From the NCBI GenBank assembly GCA_963769935.1, contig CAVYNY010000010.1:64001-128000 (forward strand): 64,000 bases of DNA, read 5' to 3'. Each line of letters starts with the position of its first letter. Positions within the stretch are counted from its first letter, which is position 1. The position numbers were made by a program, and so were the translations under genes. A model generated the notes under the pieces. It made no database searches, had not been told where the DNA came from, and saw nothing but the letters and a program-made list of their open reading frames with translations. Below, one piece after another: positions 37,861 to 48,810 of the stretch. Source of the stretch: an uncultured delta proteobacterium. GTDB taxonomy: Bacteria; Desulfobacterota; Desulfobacteria; Desulfobacterales; JAFDCJ01.

Positions 37861-37882
37861 TATTCAATATTCAATCATTCAA
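37861..37882. repeat. Heptamer repeat (TATTCAA family) at the kinase/regulator junction
   Basis: tattcaa tattcaa tcattcaa; contains the kinase stop codon. Confidence 0.55.
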
Positions 37883-39308
37883 CCCGCGTTTCCGGCTGTT
37901 CGATCGGCAATTCCACGGTGACCTGGGCCCCGCCGGAGGTTCTGTTCTGAATCTGTATGCTGCCGCCATGAGATTCAATGATGTTTTTGACGACCCCCAG
38001 TCCCAGCCCCGTTCCCATTTCCTTGGTAGTGAAAAAGGGATCCCAAATCTTATCCAGGACATCGTCCGCAATGCCCTGACCTTCATCTTCAAAGTTAATC
38101 GTAACAATTTTGTCGTTGGCACTGATTGAAATGTCAATGCAGCCGCCATCAGGCATCGCCTGCATGGCATTGATCAGAATATTTAAAAACGACTGGTAGA
38201 GCAAGGCGGCATCGGCCTGAATTTCCGGCAATGAGTTCTTGTAGTTCTGTCTAATGCGGCATCCTTTTTCTTCAATTTGCAGGGCCAGAAATGTAATGTT
38301 TTTATCAATAACCTCCTGGATGCGGCAGGGGCTCAAATTCGGACTTCTGGGCTTGGCAAAATTAATGAAGTCGGTCACGATGCGATTGAGCCGATTGGCC
38401 TCTTCGACAATGATATCCGGGATCGTGTTGGAAGGATCGATTTTTGTGACTTTTTTCTTCAGCAATTCGGCTGAGCTTCTGATGATTCCCAGCGGGTTGC
38501 GAATCTCATGGGAAATTCCGGCCGCCATCTCGCCGAGGGAAGAAAGCCGCTCTGCCCGGCTCAAGCGTTCTTTGAGCCGCAGTCTTTCCATGGCCCGTTT
38601 TTGGATAATGCCTTCACCGCGTTTGACAACAAAGATCAGCACGACAAATAGCGCTCCCATAATCACGGTACAGGTAATCACAACCAAAATCTGGAATTTG
38701 AAAATGGTCTGATAATCATCGGATAAATCCTGTACGATCTCCACCACCCCCAAAACCGGGCCGGTGATCCTGGACAGTTGCGGTTCCCAGCGCAGGGGAG
38801 CATAGGTGAAAAGCCGCACGACTTTGGGAAAACCGAGTGAAATCTCAAAAAGGTTGCCTCGCTGAACAAGCTTGGATGTAATTTTCCCCTCAAGAGCCTG
38901 CTGGTAGCCGGTACCGCCGTAATTTTTCCGGCCGATTAAATCATGGTCAAAACTGTACGAAACCAAATTATCCATATTATATATATTGATGGTTTCGACT
39001 TTGAAACTGTGCAAAGTATTGCGAACGACACTATCCATGCGTTCGAACTGTTCCTGGTTGCTAAGCTGAATTTTTCCGAACATGACACCGACCGGAACAA
39101 TAAACTGTACAAAAACCTGATGATTCAAATTTTCGATGAGGCTGCGGGCATAATCTTCACTTTTCTGCCGTTGCATGGCCTTGACCCAATGGGTATTCAG
39201 CACCGACAGTATGATTGTAACCAGGAAAATAACGACCAGACCGGTAAAAGTAAAATATTTGACCAGCCGAAACGGCTTAATTCTTTCTTCTGAGGGTTTG
39301 CTTTCCAT
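37875..39308 (-). CDS. Membrane sensor histidine kinase
   Basis: Two TMs, HEIRNPL H-box, N/G1/F/G2 boxes. Confidence 0.95.
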   Translation of the reverse strand: MESKPSEERIKPFRLVKYFTFTGLVVIFLVTIILSVLNTHWVKAMQRQKSEDYARSLIENLNHQVFVQFIVPVGVMFGKIQLSNQEQFERMDSVVRNTLHSFKVETINIYNMDNLVSYSFDHDLIGRKNYGGTGYQQALEGKITSKLVQRGNLFEISLGFPKVVRLFTYAPLRWEPQLSRITGPVLGVVEIVQDLSDDYQTIFKFQILVVITCTVIMGALFVVLIFVVKRGEGIIQKRAMERLRLKERLSRAERLSSLGEMAAGISHEIRNPLGIIRSSAELLKKKVTKIDPSNTIPDIIVEEANRLNRIVTDFINFAKPRSPNLSPCRIQEVIDKNITFLALQIEEKGCRIRQNYKNSLPEIQADAALLYQSFLNILINAMQAMPDGGCIDISISANDKIVTINFEDEGQGIADDVLDKIWDPFFTTKEMGTGLGLGVVKNIIESHGGSIQIQNRTSGGAQVTVELPIEQPETRVE

Positions 39309-39628
39309 GATGGACCATAAGATTATACCAGTTTGGCGCTAAATTAAAGCTTTTTCTCTCAAGTTTCATAGGCCCGGACCGATACATGTTACTACATACA
39401 GTGTAAGACCGGTCGTGTCTGGAGACCGGGGCACCGGGTAGATGCTAGGCCTTTCAAATTTTTGACGGTTTAGCAAAAAAAACTAATATGCGCTTTAAGG
39501 CCCGCTGGAAAAATTAATTTTTGTACCCGGCCAGCAGCAAATATTATCAAATTTAACTATTTGAAATTAAAATAATATTATTGAGTCACCTTTTTCAGCC
39601 GGTAAATTGCAAAATAATTGGCAACTAT

Positions 39629-39644
39629 TGGCGCAGAACTTGCA
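39629..39644 (+). promoter_or_regulatory. Sigma-54 promoter upstream of the HTH-pilMNOPQ operon
   Basis: TGGCGCAGAACTTGCA (GG-N10-GC); IHF-like site at 39554-39566 (reverse strand TTTCAAATAGTTA). Confidence 0.7.
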
Positions 39645-40033
39645 ATCTATGGGTCATGTCTAAAGATTGGATTCTGCAAACGTCAATCCGATGACTGGTT
39701 AGGCCTTTTTCTTAATGATTTATGCAACCGAATTCCTAGCAACAACTGGTGTAACCGACTCCGAAGCCGAATTGCTGCCGAAGGTAACTGAAACAACAAA
39801 ATGTTACGTTCACTACTACTACTAGATATGGTAATTCCGAAAAAATGGCGGCACAACATGATGTAATTATGTATAGTTGTATGTTAATTATATATAATTA
39901 AATTGACTTAAACGGAATAACATGTAACTATTTATGAAGTCATCTTCAGCATTGGCTGGATTTGCCTGCGGCTTTGGAAAGTTAATTAATTTCAATTCAT
40001 TTTTTACTGCTCAGCATTCGGGATGCCAAATCT

Positions 40034-40231
40034 ATGGGCAAGAACATATTAAAAGAGACCAGAGAATCTTTGTTAATGAGTAAAGCCGAACTCGCCAGAC
40101 AGGCAAACATATCCCCAATCACGATTACCAGAATTGAAAAGAACATGCCATGTCGGATGGAAACCCAACGTAAGATTCTCGAGGCACTGGGCTTAAAACC
40201 AGCAGATAAACATAAAATATTCAAGGATTAA
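40034..40231 (+). CDS. Small XRE-family helix-turn-helix protein
   Basis: MSKAELAR.A.ISP.TI.RIE; 9 nt upstream of pilM. Confidence 0.88.
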   Translation: MGKNILKETRESLLMSKAELARQANISPITITRIEKNMPCRMETQRKILEALGLKPADKHKIFKD

Positions 40232-40240
40232 ACGTATCTC

Positions 40241-41296
40241 ATGGTTTTCGGAAAAAAAGATCATCTCGTAGGTTTGGATATTGGTTCCAGATCCATCAAA
40301 GCAGCTGAAATCGTAGATTCCAAACGAGGCCCCACGCTGAGGCATTTCGGCATCGTGGACATTGCGCATGGTGCCATCGAAGAAGGCACGATTAATGATC
40401 CCGAGTCGGTTGCCGAGTCAATTAAGCAGCTTTTTAAGTCATACAATATAAAAGAAAGCAACGTGGCGGTATCCATTGGAGGCTACTCGGTCATCGTTAA
40501 AAAGATCAATGTTCAAAACATGGCCGAGGAGCAGCTGCAAGAGACCATTCATTTTGAAGCCGAACAATATATCCCGTTTGACATCAGTGATGTCAATCTT
40601 GATTTTCAAATCCTCGGGGAGAATGAATCCAATCCCAATCAGATGAATGTGTTTCTGGTGGCAGCCAAAAAAGACATGGTTAATGACTATATCAACCTGG
40701 TTAACCTGGCGGGACTCAACCCCTGCATTGTCGATGTAGAAGCATTTGCGCTGCAAAACTCGTTTGAAGCCAACTACAATATTCAAGACGAAAATGTTGC
40801 TCTGATTGATATTGGCGCCAGCAAGACATCATTGAATATCCTCAAGGGCAATTCGTCGGTGTTCATGCGGGACGTTTCATTGGGTTGCGGACAGATCAAT
40901 CAGAAAATAATGTCATTGATCGAATGCTCCTTTGAAGAAGCAGAGCAACTTAAATACGGGGACAATCCCGATCGGCTCACCCCGGATGACTTAAAAGGTA
41001 TCGTTTCATCGGTGGTCGCCGACTGGTGCACTGAAATTAGACGGGCCCTTGACTTTTTCTACTCCACTTACCCGGAGGATCAAATAAAGCGCATTGTCAT
41101 CAGCGGCGGCGGGGCCAACATCGGCGAATTCCGGCAGCTTCTGGCAACCGAAGCCTCCGCCGAAGTTGAATCCATAAATCCGTTTAAAAATTTTCACCTC
41201 GATGAAAAAAGTTTCGACGACGCATTCATTAAACAAATTGCGCCCCAGGCGGCCATCAGCATGGGCCTGGCAATGAGAAAAGTGGACGACAAATGA
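40241..41296 (+). CDS. pilM: Type IV pilus assembly protein PilM
   Basis: VGLDIGS, EAEQYIPF, IDIGA and SGGGA. Confidence 0.95.
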   Translation: MVFGKKDHLVGLDIGSRSIKAAEIVDSKRGPTLRHFGIVDIAHGAIEEGTINDPESVAESIKQLFKSYNIKESNVAVSIGGYSVIVKKINVQNMAEEQLQETIHFEAEQYIPFDISDVNLDFQILGENESNPNQMNVFLVAAKKDMVNDYINLVNLAGLNPCIVDVEAFALQNSFEANYNIQDENVALIDIGASKTSLNILKGNSSVFMRDVSLGCGQINQKIMSLIECSFEEAEQLKYGDNPDRLTPDDLKGIVSSVVADWCTEIRRALDFFYSTYPEDQIKRIVISGGGANIGEFRQLLATEASAEVESINPFKNFHLDEKSFDDAFIKQIAPQAAISMGLAMRKVDDK

Positions 41297-41856
41297 TAAG
41301 AATCAACCTGCTGCCATTCCGCGCAGCTCGCAAAAAAGAAAACATCCGACGCCAGGTTTCCATCTTTCTGCTTTCTCTGGTATTTCTGCTGATCCTTCTT
41401 TTTTATCATAATTGGAATTTGGGCCACAAGATTGACGGCCTGAATGCCAAGATTACACAGACAAATTCCGAGCTGAAAAAATACGAAGCAATCAATAAAG
41501 AAATAGAAGAGATTAAGAAAAAACTCAGTAATCTGAAGCAAAAATTGGCAGTCATGGATAACCTTGAGGCCAACCGTTTTGAACCTACCCGGCTGATGGA
41601 GATAATGACTCAGGTAATCGTACCCAAGCGCATGTGGTTCACTCGTATGGACTCCAAGGACAAGACGGTCGACATCAAAGGCATCGCTCTGGACAATAAA
41701 ACCGTGGCCGATTTCATGGTCCGCCTGGAGCAAAGCGGACTTTTCAGCGACGTCAACTTGGAAACGCTCAAGGCGCAAACGGTGCAAAAAGCCAATTTAA
41801 AAAGCTTTCAGATCAGCTGCGTCAAAAAGCCTCCGATTAAAGAGCAAAAAAAATAA
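41293..41856 (+). CDS. pilN: Type IV pilus assembly protein PilN
   Basis: INLLP motif, TM and coiled coil. Confidence 0.95.
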   Translation: MIRINLLPFRAARKKENIRRQVSIFLLSLVFLLILLFYHNWNLGHKIDGLNAKITQTNSELKKYEAINKEIEEIKKKLSNLKQKLAVMDNLEANRFEPTRLMEIMTQVIVPKRMWFTRMDSKDKTVDIKGIALDNKTVADFMVRLEQSGLFSDVNLETLKAQTVQKANLKSFQISCVKKPPIKEQKK

Positions 41857-41897
41857 GCATTTAGGAAAAAATCAGAAAAGGCTGAGGCAAAGAAATA

Positions 41898-42548
41898 ATG
41901 GATAACGGTCTTGCAAAATCATTTGAACCTTTTCTCGAAAAATTAGAAAAGTTATCCAGGGTTCAAAGGATACTAATCTCAACGGCCATATTTGGCTTGA
42001 TTGTCGGCGGTTTCATCTACCTATCTTATTGGCCTAAATACGAACAGATTGATCGCCTGGATACGCAGCTTGACAAATTGGAAGCGAAACTGAAGACGGC
42101 CATGAAAAATGCCGCCGATTTGGAAAAATTTCAGGCTAAAATGAATGAGGCTGAATCCCAATTCCAAATGGCAATGAGAAAATTGCCGGAAAAGGAAGAG
42201 ATTCCTTCTCTGCTGTCCAGCATCTCCAGTTCCGGCCAACAAGTCGGTCTTGAATTTTTGCTCTTTGAGCCCAAACCCGAAAAGAAAAAAGAATTTTATG
42301 CCGAAATTCCCGTCGTCATGAGTATCGTGGGAGACTACCACAATACCGCATTATTCTTCGATCAGGTTGCCCGTTTGCCCCGAATCGTCACCATAGAAAA
42401 TATTCAAATGACTCCCGCCAAGAAAAAAGGCGCCCGGGAACTCAGCACCAAATGCATGGCAGTCACTTATAAATTCATAGAACCATCTGAACAAAAAAGC
42501 ACTTCTGCAAAGAAAAATACGAAGAAAAAGCCTAGAAAGAAAAAGTAA
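41898..42548 (+). CDS. pilO: Type IV pilus assembly protein PilO
   Basis: LP...EIP.LL, FYAE.P, G.YH and LPRIV. Confidence 0.95.
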   Translation: MDNGLAKSFEPFLEKLEKLSRVQRILISTAIFGLIVGGFIYLSYWPKYEQIDRLDTQLDKLEAKLKTAMKNAADLEKFQAKMNEAESQFQMAMRKLPEKEEIPSLLSSISSSGQQVGLEFLLFEPKPEKKKEFYAEIPVVMSIVGDYHNTALFFDQVARLPRIVTIENIQMTPAKKKGARELSTKCMAVTYKFIEPSEQKSTSAKKNTKKKPRKKK

Positions 42549-42597
42549 TAGTTTAACAACGATCAACCAGCAAATGATGGGAAGATACCTTGTGAGC

Positions 42598-43473
42598 ATG
42601 CGATATTTGATCAATATAATTTGTATTGCTCTGCTTTTGTGGGGGTGTGACAGCGCCAACGGAGGTCAGGCAAAACCGACCGTGGTCCGCAAGAAGATTG
42701 TCGCACCAAAAGATAACATCGCCCAGGTCCGCGCCAAAAAAGCGATTCGTACCGCCAAAATGTCGCCGCCGGATAAACAGCTGGAAAAGACAGCCGTTGC
42801 CAAAGTCGACCGGAATCAAATCGCGCCGCTGCGGCAGTCGACTGCCGAAACAAACCCAAGCACCGAGCCGATGGTCGCCCAAAAACAGGAAGCAAAACCG
42901 ATTGAAAACGACACGTCTAAACCGGCCGCCCGGAAAAAGCCGGCGATCAGCCCCAAATCAGATATTACCGAGATAGAGCCGGCCGCCGAAACTCAGAGAC
43001 AACCGGGCAACGTCCAACCCGCACCGGACAGCAAATCGGCTGCCTCAAACAAAGTCGCCCCGGACAAATTGGTCACTCAAAATGTTCCGGCGGAAGGCAC
43101 CCCCGCCAAGTATGATCCCAGCGGCAGGATTGATCCATTTGAGCCTTTGTTTAAAGAGGAAGCGGTGGTCGCAACTGCCAAGCTGCAGCACAAAAAACGG
43201 ATTCCCCGCACACCGCTGGAACGAATTGATTTGAGTCAGTTGAAGCTGGTCGGAATCATCATGGCCGCCAGCGGCAACCGGGCTTTGGTGGAAGAATCTT
43301 CCGGTAAAGGATATGTTATTAAAGAGGGTACCTACATCGGCACGAATGGCGGCAAAATAGTCAGTATTCATAAAGAAACAGTTACTGTTGAGGAAGAACT
43401 CGAAGATGTTTATGGCAAACTTACAATCCGTAAAAAAGAGCTCAAACTTCCCAAACCCCCTGGAGAGTTTTAA
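42598..43473 (+). CDS. pilP: Type IV pilus lipoprotein PilP with a long N-terminal linker
   Basis: Lipobox LLWGC; Y.P.GR.DPF.P, PLE..DL.QL.LVG and G..IG.N.G; alternative start 42574. Confidence 0.9.
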   Translation: MRYLINIICIALLLWGCDSANGGQAKPTVVRKKIVAPKDNIAQVRAKKAIRTAKMSPPDKQLEKTAVAKVDRNQIAPLRQSTAETNPSTEPMVAQKQEAKPIENDTSKPAARKKPAISPKSDITEIEPAAETQRQPGNVQPAPDSKSAASNKVAPDKLVTQNVPAEGTPAKYDPSGRIDPFEPLFKEEAVVATAKLQHKKRIPRTPLERIDLSQLKLVGIIMAASGNRALVEESSGKGYVIKEGTYIGTNGGKIVSIHKETVTVEEELEDVYGKLTIRKKELKLPKPPGEF

Positions 43474-43474
43474 G

Positions 43475-46330
43475 ATGCGGCATTTCATTACTAAACTAGC
43501 GAGACCCCTTCATTTAGGCATCCTTTTATTCAGCTTGGCAGTGTTGTTCGCGGCGTGTGCCTCGCAAGAGGCCGGCCAAGTCAAATCCGCACAGGAGAAC
43601 AAACTGATCACCGACATCATGACCCGTGATGATGCCGAAGCCACCACCGTCACGGTAAAGGGTAACCAGGCCCTGACCTACACGGCGATCAAACAAGTAT
43701 TCCCGCTGGGTGTTCTTGTTCACTTCCCGGAAACCACTCTGGACAATATCAAAACCGTATACTATCCGCCGGAAAATGATTTCATCAGTTCCATCAGAGC
43801 GACTCAGGTTGAAGAAGACGGCCAAACCTCCCGCATATTTATTGCCCTGAAAAAGGATCTGCCTTATACCATCAGGCCGGATGCTGCCGGGCTGAACATC
43901 GTGTTCCCGAAGACCGGTCAGCCGGCCGCGGAGACAAAAACTGAATCCGCGCCGACACCGACGCCGCAACCGGAAGCAACAGCGGAACCTGCCAAAGCTC
44001 CGGCACCCCCGGCCACCCGTATGACATCAATTGTCGCAACACCGCTCAAAAACTATGTCGTCGTCGATGTCAAGGCGAACGGAACAATTACAAACTATAA
44101 GTCTTTCACAATCAGTGAAACTCCGCCCCGCATTGTGTACGACCTTTATGGTCTCAAAAGCCCGTACGAGGCGGAGCAACGAATCGCGGTCAAGTCCGAT
44201 TTGGTAAGCAGGATACGCGATTTCGGTCATCCCGACAAGATCCGGATCGTGCTGGAAACCAAAAAACCTTATCTTGCCAAATACTCTGCGGCACCGGTAG
44301 ACAACGGCCTGATGATTTATGTCGGACAGGCGCCGCCGACCATGAGCAAAGCAAAATCTGAGACGGAAGCCGCCCCGGCAGCTAAGCCGATGAAACCGGC
44401 CGCCGAACCGCCGACGGCTGCCGAAAAAACCGAAACGGTCAAATACGACAAACCGGCCTGGTTAAACCGCATCGATTTTTCGAGTGAAGAAGACGGCAAA
44501 TCGGCCATCATTGTCGGAACCACACGACCGGTTGAATACCACTTGCTAAAAGTGAACAAGGATAGACTGCAGCTCACCCTTTTGGATACCAATCTGCCCG
44601 AATACCGCAAACGGGCGTTAATTACCACTCGTTTTCAAAGCGCAGTGGACCGCATTACCCCGGAGCACCAGCCGAATTCCAAGGACACAATTCTGGATAT
44701 TGAACTGCGGCAAGCGGTGCCGTATTTTATCAAACAAACAGACGATGTCATCCGGGTCAACTTTGATCCATCTTCCATACCGCCAAGGCCCTATGAAGAA
44801 GCCAAGCTGCCGGCCTGGAAGCAGGTGATGGCTGAACCGGCGACCGAAGCTGCGGCTGCACCGGCCACTCAAGCAGCGACCGCACCGGCAACCCAAGCGG
44901 CGGCCGCACCGTCCGAAAAAACGGCTGAGGCAGTCGGAGCTTTACCGTCCGGCGGCCAGGCGCTGGAGTCAACCGTGGGCCGGGAAGAGCTGCAACTGGC
45001 TAATAAAGATACCTCGGCCGAAATGACGCTGGCTAACAAGGAAATCTCGCTTGCGGACCGCCTTGCGGGTACGGCGCCGTCAGCAAAAAAATACACCGGC
45101 GAAAAAATCGCCCTTGATTTTTATGATACGGACATCAAGAATGTCTTCCGAATCATCCGGGAAATCAGCGGCAAAAATTTTGCCATCGACAAGAATGTCA
45201 CCGGCAAAGTGACCCTGACCCTTGATAAACCGGTGCCCTGGGATCAGGTCCTCGATCTGGTGCTCAAAATGAATCAGCTGGGGATGACCATGGAAGGCGA
45301 CATTATCCGCATCGCCACCCTGAACAGCCTGGCCCAGGAAGAAAAGCAAAAAGAGGCGCTGGTAAAAGCCACGCAGCAGACCGTAAAACAGCAAAAAGCC
45401 CTGGAACCGCTGTTGACCGCCTATATTCCGGTCAGCTATTCCAATGCGCAGACTGAAGTATTGCCGCATATCCAACCGGTTCTTACCGAGGGCCGCGGCA
45501 AAGCCAGCGTGGATACCCGCAACAACCAGCTGATTTTAACCGATACAGCCGAAAAGATTGAGCAGGTCCGGGAAATCGTGAAACGCATCGATCAGGTTAC
45601 GCCCCAGGTCATCATCGAAGCCCGCATCGTTGAAGCCAATTCGACTTTTACCAAAGACCTCGGCTTTGACTGGGGACAGGTTACCGCCGGTCCGTTCGAT
45701 GTCGGTGATTCAACGCTGACGCTTACCGGATTGGCGTCTAATTTGCCGGCGGCTATCCCGACCGGTGTGGTCGGCCTGGATTTTGTTAAAATGACCGGAA
45801 CTCCGTTTTCGATTATTAATGCCCAACTGTTGGTCAGCGAAACCGAGGGTAAAACCAATATTATTTCAGCTCCGAAAGTTTTGACTCTGGACAACAAGAA
45901 GGCCAAGATAAAACAGGGTCTGGAAGTGCCTTACCTGGAACGGGACTCCTCGGGCAATGCGACGGTCAGATTTAAAAATGTTGATTTGCTGCTGGAAGTC
46001 ACACCCAATGTCACACCGGACAACCGCATCACCCTGAAGGTATTTGTCACCAAAAACGACGTGGTCGATCCGACGGCCGATCAGCCTGCGCTTTCCACCA
46101 ATGAAGCTGAGACCGAACTTCTGATGGATGACGGAGACACCGTCGTCATCGGCGGTATCGTGAAATCCACCATAAGCTATGCTGAAAGGGGAATCCCCGG
46201 GTTGCGGAACATCGGCGTGCTGGGCTGGCTGTTTAAAAGCCAAAGCAAGGATGACAGTAAAAATGAACTGCTGATATTCATTACACCGCGAATCGTTCAG
46301 CTTGAACAGAGAAGCAAATCGGATATTTAG
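43475..46330 (+). CDS. pilQ: Type IV pilus secretin PilQ with N-terminal AMIN domains
   Basis: AMIN-like repeats, YTGEKI.LDF, PWDQ.LD.VL, QV.IEARIVEA, ELLIFITPRI. Confidence 0.95.
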   Translation: MRHFITKLARPLHLGILLFSLAVLFAACASQEAGQVKSAQENKLITDIMTRDDAEATTVTVKGNQALTYTAIKQVFPLGVLVHFPETTLDNIKTVYYPPENDFISSIRATQVEEDGQTSRIFIALKKDLPYTIRPDAAGLNIVFPKTGQPAAETKTESAPTPTPQPEATAEPAKAPAPPATRMTSIVATPLKNYVVVDVKANGTITNYKSFTISETPPRIVYDLYGLKSPYEAEQRIAVKSDLVSRIRDFGHPDKIRIVLETKKPYLAKYSAAPVDNGLMIYVGQAPPTMSKAKSETEAAPAAKPMKPAAEPPTAAEKTETVKYDKPAWLNRIDFSSEEDGKSAIIVGTTRPVEYHLLKVNKDRLQLTLLDTNLPEYRKRALITTRFQSAVDRITPEHQPNSKDTILDIELRQAVPYFIKQTDDVIRVNFDPSSIPPRPYEEAKLPAWKQVMAEPATEAAAAPATQAATAPATQAAAAPSEKTAEAVGALPSGGQALESTVGREELQLANKDTSAEMTLANKEISLADRLAGTAPSAKKYTGEKIALDFYDTDIKNVFRIIREISGKNFAIDKNVTGKVTLTLDKPVPWDQVLDLVLKMNQLGMTMEGDIIRIATLNSLAQEEKQKEALVKATQQTVKQQKALEPLLTAYIPVSYSNAQTEVLPHIQPVLTEGRGKASVDTRNNQLILTDTAEKIEQVREIVKRIDQVTPQVIIEARIVEANSTFTKDLGFDWGQVTAGPFDVGDSTLTLTGLASNLPAAIPTGVVGLDFVKMTGTPFSIINAQLLVSETEGKTNIISAPKVLTLDNKKAKIKQGLEVPYLERDSSGNATVRFKNVDLLLEVTPNVTPDNRITLKVFVTKNDVVDPTADQPALSTNEAETELLMDDGDTVVIGGIVKSTISYAERGIPGLRNIGVLGWLFKSQSKDDSKNELLIFITPRIVQLEQRSKSDI

Positions 46331-46445
46331 CCCCTGCCTGTGGGCTGCTGAAATGAAAGCGATACTCTGACTTTATTATCTTATTAAATCGCTGATCGAG
46401 AAGGAAAGTTAATACTTTATAGAAATTTGTATCCTCGTGTAAAAT

Positions 46446-46495
46446 TAAAAATGCGAATGGCAACCGGAGGCCTCCGATTGCCATTCGCATTTTTA
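46446..46495. terminator. Bidirectional intrinsic terminator between convergent pilQ and the pilotin gene
   Basis: Near-perfect 50-bp palindrome TAAAAATGCGAATGGCAACCGGAGGCCTCCGATTGCCATTCGCATTTTTA. Confidence 0.8.
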
Positions 46496-46504
46496 TTGGA
46501 TCCA

Positions 46505-47290
46505 TTATAGTAAAGGCTTTAGCCGCTCAGCCTCCCGCAAGGCTTGATCGGCCAGGGGGCTGTCCGGGTCCAGCTGCACAACCTTGAGATAGGATGCATA
46601 GGCCTGGCTAAAATCCCCCTTGAGACTGTAAGCTTTCCCCAGGTCGAATTGTATTGGCGCGAATTCAGGAGCCAGTTGGGCGGCTTTTTCCAGCCGCTCG
46701 ATGGCTTCCGACACCTTGCCCGTTGCCAGGTATGTTTTTGCCAAACCGTACATAGCTCTGACAAAATTCGGTTTGGCTTTCAAAGCCTCGAGATAATATT
46801 TTTCCGAAAGCGCATATTCTTTTTTGTGGTAGTACGCAACGCCAAGATTGGAATACGGAAATTGCGGGGTTGCATAAATCAGATCCGAGGTCACAATTTT
46901 ATACTGCTCGATGGCATTGTCCCATTCCTCTTTCTGGGCATAAGCATTACCCAAGTTGTTGTGGGCCGGCGCATAATTATATTTTATGTCCAGGGCCTTC
47001 TTGAAGTGGCGAATTGCCAAATCGTATTGTTTCAGATAATAATAGGAGAGTCCCAGGTCATCTTGCAGAAAATAATCATCAGGGCTTTGCTCCTCTATTT
47101 TTAAAAACTCCTTTAAAGCGGCTCTGAAATTACCATCGCGGAGATAGGCCTCCCCCAGGGATTTGGAAGCTTCAGTTACCGCTTTTTGCTCTTCCACACT
47201 TCTGTGGGCAGTACACGAATAAAATAAACTCACCATTAGAAAGCATACCGTTGCGACGGGCCAGATATTTTTCATTGTTTTTTTCCTCAT
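46505..47290 (-). CDS. TPR lipoprotein, pilotin of the Tgl/PilF/PilW type
   Basis: Lipobox LFYSC, TPRs, and the Y.TP..P..NLG motif typical of PilF/Tgl; adjacent to pilQ. Confidence 0.8.
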   Translation of the reverse strand: MRKKTMKNIWPVATVCFLMVSLFYSCTAHRSVEEQKAVTEASKSLGEAYLRDGNFRAALKEFLKIEEQSPDDYFLQDDLGLSYYYLKQYDLAIRHFKKALDIKYNYAPAHNNLGNAYAQKEEWDNAIEQYKIVTSDLIYATPQFPYSNLGVAYYHKKEYALSEKYYLEALKAKPNFVRAMYGLAKTYLATGKVSEAIERLEKAAQLAPEFAPIQFDLGKAYSLKGDFSQAYASYLKVVQLDPDSPLADQALREAERLKPLL

Positions 47291-47307
47291 AGCGGATTTA
47301 AGAGCAC

Positions 47308-48810
47308 CTACATTTTTTTAAGATTCAGCAAGCCGGCAATCTCTTGCGCCATCCGATTCACAAAGCGCTGCAAGGCCTCTCCTTCTAGTGGCTTGCCGGG
47401 CGCCGGCACCTGGTCAAGATCGGCAGGGTGAAGGTATCGCGGTGTGTTGATCAGATCCTGTCGCGGGGAAATATTGTAGTCGGCCGGAAACTTTTGCTCA
47501 AAGTACATTTCTTGAAATCCGGCAAATTTAAGGGCATGGGCGGTGGAATCCAGCACCACGATGTCCTGACTGTCGATGATCCCCCTGGTCTTGGCCGCCA
47601 GCAGACCGGCCAGGGATTCTCCTCCGTGGGTGCAGGCGATATGCCCGTTGCGATTGGCGGTAATTTCCCAGTCCATGATGTCCTGTTCACTGACCTCGAC
47701 AAAAAAGGTCTTCCGGCAGCCGGCCAATTCGTTATAAAGCCCGACCAGATGAATCACCCTGGGCATGGAAACCGGATTGCCGATCATAGCGGCCTGGGCT
47801 ACACTGGGTTTGACGGTCACGGGCACGAATTGACGCCGGGCGGCATCCGGTTCAAGATAATAGCGGTAAACCGGGTTGGCATGCTCCGACTGGACCCCCA
47901 CAATCTTCGGCAGTGCATTGGTAATACCGGCCTCATAAAACTTTAAAAACCCGCTCATCACCGCCGTAATGTTGCCGGCATTGCCGATGGGAACCACCAC
48001 CGCCGTGTCGGCAAGATCATACTCGAAATCCTGGGCAATTTCGTATGAATAAGATTCCTGGCCTAAAATCCGCCAGGCATTTTTGGAGTTTAGCAGCGCG
48101 ACCTGATAGCTTTCAGACAGGACTTCAACGATTTTCATACAGTCGTCAAAAACGCCGGGAATTTCAAACACCGCAGCGCCGCTGCCCAAAGGCTGGGAGA
48201 GCTGCTGGGGAGTTACTTTCTTATGAGGCAGCAGCACGGCGGATTTGACCTGCGGTTTCAGATAGGAAGCATAGAGCGCGGCCGCAGCCGACGTATCACC
48301 CGTCGACGCGCAAATGGCCAGCACATCCGACAGGTACCCCTTTTGAACCATGAAATTTATGTAACTTAACGCGCTGGCCATCCCCCGATCCTTGAAGGAA
48401 GCGCTGGGATTCTGTCCCTCATTTTTAAAGTAAAAGCGCACGCCGATTTTTTCCTGCAAAGAGGAATTGGCTTTTATCAGCGGGGTGTGCCCCTCGCCCA
48501 GATAAATAACGGACTCCAGCGGAATTACGGGCCCGATAAATTCGTGGTAACGGTAGATGCCTTTCAACGCATCGATGTTCATCATTTTGCGATAGTCAAA
48601 AATACGCTGCCAGAGCTCACCTTTGGTATCTTTCAAGCGCGCAAAGTTCTGATCGTAAAGAAGCAAAACCTGCCCGCACGCCGGACATACATACAGGAGT
48701 TTTTCAATGCCGTATTCCCGCCGGCAGCCCAGACAACGGTAGATCAGCTTCCCGGCATGCGACGGCATCAGAAAGGGACGAATATCTTGGGGAAAATCAT
48801 CCGGTTTCAT
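47308..48810 (-). CDS. thrC: Threonine synthase
   Basis: [10 protein letters not shown] (PLP Lys), CASTGDTSA and PIGNAGN. Confidence 0.9.
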   Translation of the reverse strand: MKPDDFPQDIRPFLMPSHAGKLIYRCLGCRREYGIEKLLYVCPACGQVLLLYDQNFARLKDTKGELWQRIFDYRKMMNIDALKGIYRYHEFIGPVIPLESVIYLGEGHTPLIKANSSLQEKIGVRFYFKNEGQNPSASFKDRGMASALSYINFMVQKGYLSDVLAICASTGDTSAAAALYASYLKPQVKSAVLLPHKKVTPQQLSQPLGSGAAVFEIPGVFDDCMKIVEVLSESYQVALLNSKNAWRILGQESYSYEIAQDFEYDLADTAVVVPIGNAGNITAVMSGFLKFYEAGITNALPKIVGVQSEHANPVYRYYLEPDAARRQFVPVTVKPSVAQAAMIGNPVSMPRVIHLVGLYNELAGCRKTFFVEVSEQDIMDWEITANRNGHIACTHGGESLAGLLAAKTRGIIDSQDIVVLDSTAHALKFAGFQEMYFEQKFPADYNISPRQDLINTPRYLHPADLDQVPAPGKPLEGEALQRFVNRMAQEIAGLLNLKKM

